This document shows, in pieces, positions 56,889-64,000 of a stretch of 64,000 bases of DNA. The DNA is taken from positions 353,338,001 through 353,402,000 of the forward strand of contig NC_088791.1 of NCBI RefSeq assembly GCF_011386835.1. The letters are read 5' to 3'. The first letter of the stretch is position 1, and every line of letters starts with the position of its first letter. A model generated the notes under the pieces. It did not search any database, was not told where the DNA came from, and worked only from the letters and a program-made list of their open reading frames with translations. Origin of the DNA: Chrysemys picta bellii. Lineage: Eukaryota. A program made the position numbers and the translations under genes.

Positions 56889-59089
56889 TCAGTGGTATCC
56901 AAGGGCCAGAGCATGGGCCACCGCGCTGACCAGCTTTTGCCAGGCGGCCTGGCAGGCAGGAGTGAACTCCTTCGTAAAGTGAGAGGCCAGGACAATGATG
57001 AGGACATTGCCCAGGAGCTGGAGAGGAGAAAGAAGAAAATACCCCCCGGGTCAGCACCGCTCTGATCTCCCACCTCTCTCTATTCAAAGCTCAGGGCTGG
57101 TGCAGGGGATCTTGGCTTTATGGAGCCCTCGAACTATTCTGGGGGTTTATAAAACTAGCTGGAGACTCTGCTCCCTTCAACCCTGCAATAGAAACTCACT
57201 TGCCTCCCTCCCCAGGAGAGCCCATTAAAGAACATTAACCAGCAACCTGGTTTTGTAGCTCAAGGGCACTCCTAGGGGCCCTATATAGAGTATATGGACT
57301 GTTGGCCTGAGCCTCTGTTGCATCACACCGGCCCCACCCCAGTGTGACCATCCTCTTTCACCGGTGTTACAAACCCCGGGGGGACTCTGGCACTCGGGTG
57401 TTTCGGCCAGTGGAATTTCTCACTGCCCTTCCTTGCTCAGAGGAGCCTGCGTGTCTCTGCAGAATGACACGAAACTGGGCACTTGGTGCCTTCCAAAATG
57501 CTCCGTGAGGTTCTCAGCCTCGGGACGCCTGCCGAGCCTGGAGGCTCACCTCCCACCCCTACCCCAGAGCACAAATCCAAACAGCAGCCCCCAGTTACTG
57601 CAATATCAGGATTCAGGGAGGTGGGGATTTGTGCTACCAGAGACCAAAGGTTGCCTGAAAATGCGCCTCACCCCAGAAAGCTCCTGACACTCACCGGCAT
57701 GTCTGGGGTTGTCTCTTCCCCAAATCCCACTCTTCTTTCCTCCTGTGTCTCTCCTGTCTCTGATTCCTACACTGTTCTTTTGTCTCCTCCAGACTGATGG
57801 TCTCTCTCCTGACGTCCCCTGGCTCAGACCTCTTCCTGCTCCCACTGCTGCTTTCACTTTTCCTTCCCCTTCCTCCCTGCTGCCCTCACTTTACCCACCT
57901 CCTCGCCATCCCTCTCTGCCTTTCCCTTCCTCTCCTGCCTCCACGCCTCCTCTTCCTCCAGTCGCCTGCCTGCACCCCGAACCCTTTAACGCACTTTGAC
58001 TTCTTCCCCCTCCCATACTGTTGTTCCATGCCCCCCTCGTCTCTCTCCTTCCCGCCTCGTGGTTTCCTCACCCCGTCCCTTGAGGCTTTTGCTGCCACTC
58101 CCCCAACGCGTGTGAACCTCCTGCCCATAGGAGAAGCGCTAAGCAGGGAGCTGCACAGAGCCCTGGTAGCATGATGGCATAGCAGTCCTCACCCACCACG
58201 GATACGTCACCCAGCAAGGATCCAGACAGGCTGTGCAAGCCCTGACTACAGAGATTTCCCCTTCCACGGGTGCGTCCCCTCGCCTGCTGCCCACCTCTCT
58301 GCGCTTTCCCCACTCAGAACTTTCCCCTCCCAATCTGAATCCCTCTCATGTTTAGTCCCCTCCCGCAGGTGGCATCTGCGGATTTGTCACGGGGTCCCTG
58401 AACCTGAGACGTTTCAGAGTTTCCCCTTGAACCCTCCTTGGTGAAGACCCTGATCATCCATGCCTAGTATCACTTCCGTGGATGGTATGGAGCTGCTGAC
58501 ACCATTGCCCGGGAGGCCACCTTTGGCCCTGCTCTCCTGGGAGCTTGCCTGCAAGTGACTGACCCAGAACCAAGGATGGCCACGGTTGCTCCCGCTGGCC
58601 CTGCTCCGGGGATGGGCAGGGGGCTGGGAAGAGGGGTCAGCCCAGAGCCGGACTCACCTTGAAGTTCTCAGGATCCACATGCAACTTCTCGCAGTGCAGC
58701 TTGCTCAGAGTGGCAAAGGTTTGCTTGATGTGGTCCAGGTTCTTCACGGCTTCCCCAAAGGAGGTCAGCACCTTCTTGCCATGGGCATGGACGTGGGGGT
58801 TGTGGAGGATGGCTTCGGCATTGGAGAGGTTCCCGAAGGTAGAGAAGAACCTCTGGGTCCAGGGGTAGACGATCAGCAGCCTAGAGAGAGGGAGACAGGA
58901 GCAGAGACACGCACAGGGTTAGCGCAGACTCCCTGCAGAAGTAGCGGCTTGGCCAGCCTGGGAGACAGTGGGGCAGATGCCGAGGGGCTCGGCCTACCTG
59001 GCCAGGGCTTCGCTGCCGCATTCCTCCACATTGACCTTGCCCCACAGGCTGGTAATGAGCTGCTTTTCGTCGGCTGTCCAGTGCACCAT
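56889..59089 (-). CDS. HBB: Adult hemoglobin beta chain; exons 58998-59089, 58658-58880, 56889-57017; 147 aa
   Basis: Canonical 92/223/129-nt exons with GT-AG introns (117 and 1640 bp). Protein [147 protein letters not shown]; the ALALGYH end is typical of adult turtle beta chains. Confidence 0.97.
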
Positions 59090-59165
59090 GGTGAAGAGAG
59101 TGGTTCTGCTCGGCGCGTAAGCTGCGTGAGGAACCCGTAGCTGAGCTGGAGTCCCCTTTGGGGAC

Positions 59166-59280
59166 TTTTATACCCTAACCACGGCTCCTCCTCATCTTAG
59201 CCCACACGGCCATTGGCTGGGCCCGGGGCCAACGCTGCCAGGGCAGCCTGGAGGAGGAGGCACTGTGAGTCGGGGTGTGG
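59166..59280 (-). promoter_or_regulatory. Adult beta promoter: TATAAAA (59166-59172), CCAAT (59212-59216), KLF1-type CCACACCCC (59272-59280)
   Basis: Canonical spacing upstream of the ATG at 59089. Confidence 0.87.
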
Positions 59281-60707
59281 TCTGCGGGGCAACGTGCCCA
59301 GGGCTAACGCAGCGGCAGAGCTCTGGCCCCCCTCCTTCTCTTCTCCTGCCTTCGGCCAGGCAGCTCCCAGACCCAGCTGCCAAAGGGTGGTGCAGAGGTC
59401 TAGGCCGAGACCTAAGGACCACGCCGGCCCTGCTCACTCCCTCAAAGGAATGAGTCCCGGGGAAAGGCTGGATGAAAATGTTTGCTTTCCCCCTTGATTT
59501 GAACCCGGTTGGCTCTGGGCACACCTCAGTCTCATATTAGTATCGTCGCCAGTCAGATGAGTTATGATTTATTGCCCAGCCCCAGGGCCCCGTCCTGCCA
59601 GGCAGGGTATGAGCGAGCCCCTCCGTCGGAGAACTGAGGATAGAGCTAAGCAGAGCAGACCAGGCCCTGCACTCTAAATACAAATGAAGGGCGGGGGACA
59701 GGAAGGATCATCACTTCTGTCGCACAGAGAGGGGAAGGGACATGGCCAAGGCGAGCCAGAAAGTCTGTAGCAGAGCTGAAAACAACCCCGCCTCTGCACA
59801 GCCAGTGGCAGACCTGGTCACTGGAACTCGGGTCTGACCTCTGGAATGGAGCCGTCTAGGGGCCACGCAGCGAGATCCCGGCTCTGGGTAGTCCCGGCCA
59901 CGCTGGTAAAGAGCTTTGTAGAGCAGGACAATGCTCTTGGGTGCTGTCCTGAGCCATGGCCGGGGTGGGGCACAGGGCGGACGTGTTTGTGTTGGACGAG
60001 GCGCCCAGCTGTGGGCTATATCTGCTTCCACCTCCATCCAGCCCCAGGGCCGGGCCTTGGGTCACCCGAGACACAGCGGCTGTGAGCCGATTCAGAGCCA
60101 GCAGGAGTCAATGGGAATCTCTCCCGTGGCTGCCCAGCTCTTTGGGGCCGGCTCCGAAAGAGAGGCTGGGCTGTGGGGCCCTGGCAGCACAGGATTCCTT
60201 GTCATTCACTTCTTTAAACGCGTGCAGCTACTTTCAGGGCCTGCTTTGGGGCTGTCTTTTCACCCGTGTGTCTGCGTTGGAGCGGAAAAGAGCATGCCCA
60301 ATACAGGGGTACTGCCCCCCTTGCCAGGGCCTAGCGAGCGTTGAGAGGGGGGCTGGGGACTGGTGATCGCCCCGTCGCCTGTCTCTTTGCTACGTTAGCG
60401 GGCAGGTGATCTGCAGGGGCGAGGGGGAGGGGGCGTCCATCATGGGTGGGTGCAGTGAGCGTCCCCCGGGTGCTTTCGTGGGTAATACATTGAACATTCA
60501 GTGATGTCTTTCTTCAGCTGATCACGCTGGGGCACACATGAAAGAAGAAGTGCTCCCATCCCAGTCTCAGGGCCTGCTCCCACGGACACTTGTGCGTGTG
60601 AGTAACTTTACACACGTGAGCAGCCCCACCGCACTTGCGGAAGCAGCAGCTGCAGTCTTGCACCATGACACCTGTGTGGCGTTATACGCTGTCTGATTAA
60701 AACATCT

Positions 60708-60928
60708 NNNNNNNNNNNNNNNNNNNNNNNNNNNNNNNNNNNNNNNNNNNNNNNNNNNNNNNNNNNNNNNNNNNNNNNNNNNNNNNNNNNNNNNNNNNNN
60801 NNNNNNNNNNNNNNNNNNNNNNNNNNNNNNNNNNNNNNNNNNNNNNNNNNNNNNNNNNNNNNNNNNNNNNNNNNNNNNNNNNNNNNNNNNNNNNNNNNNN
60901 NNNNNNNNNNNNNNNNNNNNNNNNNNNN
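60708..60928. other. Assembly gap (N run)
   Basis: Run of N. Confidence 1.
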
Positions 60929-60956
60929 TGTGTATTTCTCTTTCTGTGTGTATCTC

Positions 60957-61000
<44 letters not shown>

Positions 61001-61545
61001 TGTATTTCTCTGTGTGTTTGTATTTCAGTGTGTATGAGAGAGAGAATGTGTATTTCTATGTGTGTATTTCTGTGTGTGTATGTGAGAGAGAGAGTGTATT
61101 TCTGTGTGTGTGTGGGTATTTCTCTGTGTGTGTGTGTGTGAGAGAGAGAGAGAGTGTATTCTCTCTGTGTGTGTGTGTGTATTTCAGTGTGTCTGTGTGT
61201 GTGAGAGAGAGTATTTCTGTGTGTATATTTCTATGTGTCTCTCTGTGTGTATGTATTTTTCTGTGTGTGTGTGTATTTCTGTGTGTGTATGTGAGAGACT
61301 GTGTGTATTTCTGTTTGTGTGTGTGTGTGTGTGAGAGAGAGAGGGGGGGAGAGAGAGTATTTCTGTGTGTGTGTGTGTATCTCCCTGTGTGTGTGTGTGT
61401 ATTTCTCTGCATGTCTGTGTGTGTATTTCTCTGTGTGTGTATTTCTCTGTGTGTGTGTATTTCTGTGTGTGTATTTGTGAGAGAGAGTGTATTTCGGTGT
61501 GTGTGTATTTCTGTGTGTGTGCTGGTGTATTTCTGCGTGTGTTCA
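60929..61545. repeat. Compound simple repeat of (GT)n, (GA)n and GTATTTCT units
   Basis: Direct. Confidence 0.95.
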
Positions 61546-61851
61546 GTTGTGACAGGCCTGACTAGTCCTTGGTAATGCTGCGCTGGATATATGCCTTTCA
61601 GAGTGCCGCATTTCCACCAGCCCTTAGAAACCAAGCCATGAGCTAACCCATTTCCTGGTTATGAAATGTCTAAGCACCCTTGTCCCTACCCTTCCCCGGG
61701 CCCTAGCTCCCAAGCACACACAGACTAGGGACAACAGGAAGACTGCAGTGGATGGTTTGTATTTGGCTGTTGGGCCATCGGTATTTCCCTGCGGGGAGCT
61801 GTGCCTGGAAGGTAACAGGCTGTCGTCCTCGCGTGGGTCCCTGCGGACAGT

Positions 61852-63060
61852 TTAGTGGCACTTGTAGGTCACCACACGGACCAGCTTTTGCCAGGCTACC
61901 TGGCACACAGGAGGCGACCATGAGGAGTCAGCCGGGAGCTGGAGGGGAGAAGGAAGAAAATACCCCCCCCCCCTTTTTTAAATCCCTCTCTAGCCCCTTG
62001 ACTTCACCCTCCCTCCCAGGCTGGGAAAGGCAAATGTCACACAAGGGCTCAGGCACCTTCTAGGCTTGTTCGGGAGGTGGTAACCCCCCCCCGCCCCCCC
62101 GGAGCCAGCACAAGAATTAGCCTCTAGTTATCCAAGTATTCGGTGAGATGCCGCCAGCGGTTTTGTCACAGCCCCGTGGTCTGCCATCACCCTTCCTGTG
62201 GGGCACTCGCCGGGATCCTGAATTTCCTCAGTTCCCCTTAGCTCTCTGCCTCGGATCCCCCTCGCTTCTCCTTCGGGGCCTCTGCTGTCCTTCTCTCTCC
62301 AGCGCCGGCTGCTTCAGTCCCTCCCCACTTCTTCCTTCGCCCGCGCTGGCTTTCACTTTACTTCCCTCTCCTCTTTCACTGCCCTGGCAGTTAACCACCT
62401 CCTGGCCCTCGCTCTCCGCCTTTCCCTTCCCCTCCGGCCGCCTTTCCTCCTCCACTCGTGAGTTCTCCCACTCGTGCAACTCCGTCTGCCAGCTCCACCG
62501 CGCTGCAGGTTCTTCCAGTCAGCCTGTCTGCACCCGTCTCCCCACAGATTCCCCCTGCATCCCCTGGCACTGCCCCCGACCCCTTTCACGGGTGGCACCG
62601 GCAGCGTGTCTTTGGAAGTTCCCCTGAGCTGTCTCTTGTGGGTGCGCTGTTCACCCCACACTGGCATAGTTACAGGAACTGAGCACCGTGGTGCCGGGGG
62701 GTTCGCACGGCTGGCAGGAGGGCTGGAGTGGTTCCCGAAGGAAGTCAAAAACCTCTGGGCCTAAGGGTAGATGATCAGCAGCCTACGTGGGGAGCCATGA
62801 GCAGAGAGCAGAGAAACGGCTGCTTCTCCGGGGAAGGAGGCAGCTGAGTGGTGTCATGGTGCCCATTGAACTGGTGGAAATCCAGGCTTGGGGCAACTGA
62901 GTGACTTGCCCAGGATTCTGCAGCAGAACTTGAGGCCTCTCTCCGGAGCCCCGGGCCGGTGCGTTAGCTGCAAGACCTTCCTTTCTTTGTCTCGTCTGGC
63001 AAAACGTCGCACAGTTGTGGCCAATAATGCTCTGTCCTCAGGGCCTGAGAACGGGAACCT
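61852..63060 (-). pseudogene. Beta-globin pseudogene (5'-most globin in the window)
   Basis: Exon 2 remnant ~62611-62782: AG|G-LLIIYP*AQRFLTSFGNHSSP…, with a TAG at the Trp37 codon (62761-62763) and an internal deletion. Exon 3 remnant 61852-61938: CCAG|CTC…CQVAWQKLVRVV[del]TYKCH*, behind the same TATTTTCTTCCTTCTCCCC acceptor tract as the intact genes. An exon 1 remnant at ~62995-63060 is only tentative. Confidence 0.88.
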
Positions 63061-63712
63061 GGGACTGTCTGGGGAGCCGGCAGGGGAGGTGAGGAGCAGG
63101 GGCTGGGTGTTTGTGTCAGCCTCTGTGGCGAATGGCATGGTAAGTTAGTCATGTAAGGCAGCGGCACAACAGGCCTCCTCCAAGCCACATTTATTAACCC
63201 TCCCTTGCCTGTAAGGCAGGTCAGGATCCTTCACCCCACTGTACTATTGGGGAAACTGAGGCACAGAACGGGGGCGGGAGTTGCCCAAGTCCACAGAGGG
63301 AGAGTGTGTCAGAGCCGGAATTGGAACTCGGGAGAGCCTGCACTACAGTCTTGGGCCCAAACTAGCCCTGTGCTGGAGTCAGGAACTGGAGCTAGATGTA
63401 GTTTGAAACCCAAAACACACCTATGGCTTAACCTTCTTCTGTAGCCCTTTGTGGGGAAGGGTGTGTGCGGATATCCTCGGGCAGGGCACCAACTGTCCTT
63501 CCGAACCCCGGGGCTGCGCACTGTGGCAATTAACATCACCCCTCCCACCCCCGCATCTGCTGGAGGGAATGGGCGGGGTATTTCAACTGGCCCCTTAGTA
63601 ACTGGCCTCGTGGCTGGGGGGAAGCAGTAGACACGAGAGATCTCCATTGTGGTGAGGCTTTTGACACACTCCTACATGACTTTCTCCTACGCCAACTAGG
63701 GCAGTGCGGTCA

Positions 63713-64000
63713 CATGACATTACTAGACGGTGGGTGCACAACCAGTTGGAAGACTGTACTCAATGTCGTTGTCAATGATTCATTATCCAGCTGGGAGGGC
63801 GTATCTAGTGGGGTCCTGCCGGGGTCAGTCCTGGGTCCGGTGCTGTTCTACATTTCATTAATGACTTGGCTAATGGAGTGGAGAGCATGCGTATAAAGTT
63901 TGTGGACGTTGGCAAGCTGGGAGGGGCTGCTAGCACTTTGGAGGTCAGGATTAACCTCTGAGGATAGGGCAAGTAGCAATGGGTTTAAATTGCAGCAAGG
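63713..64000 (+). mobile_element. Degenerate CR1 RT fragment
   Basis: SSWEGVSSGVLPGSVLGPVLF, followed by IKF(A)D-like DNA and an SNGFKLQQG-like tail. Confidence 0.8.

Noticed and set aside
59212-59232. TTGGC…GCCAA palindrome in the adult promoter as an NFI/PAL site
   Set aside because: The spacer is 10 nt rather than 5; it overlaps the CCAAT box and is likely incidental.
59300-64000. Locus control region hypersensitive sites
   Set aside because: No dense GATA/NF-E2 cluster is visible 5' of the genes within the window. An LCR would be expected beyond position 64000.
1-64000. CRISPR arrays, rRNA or prokaryotic systems
   Set aside because: There are no regularly spaced repeat-spacer units or rRNA-like sequence; the content is entirely vertebrate.

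Overview
Vertebrate genomic DNA, almost certainly from a turtle: it carries tortoise polIII/SINEs and turtle-type CR1 and Penelope repeats, and the adult beta-globin matches, as I recall it, the painted-turtle chain. All genes are on the minus strand. Right part (51-64 kb): a beta-globin cluster in the order 5'-pseudogene, adult beta, epsilon/rho-like beta-3', with promoters and a GATA/NF-E2/CACCC enhancer between the two intact genes. Left part (0-45 kb): four intact class I (OR51-family) olfactory receptor genes. Two of these sit in a ~12 kb tandem segmental duplication (at least 3 units) that also carries an intronless ubiquilin-like gene cut off at the duplication breakpoint, so it lacks a UBA domain. 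Repeats include CR1, SINEs, solo LTRs, hAT and Harbinger MITEs, and small fold-back Penelope insertions with hammerhead-ribozyme-like motifs. There are several assembly gaps. No rRNA, true tRNA or CRISPR features were found. All alignments and counts were done by eye; no database searches were run.
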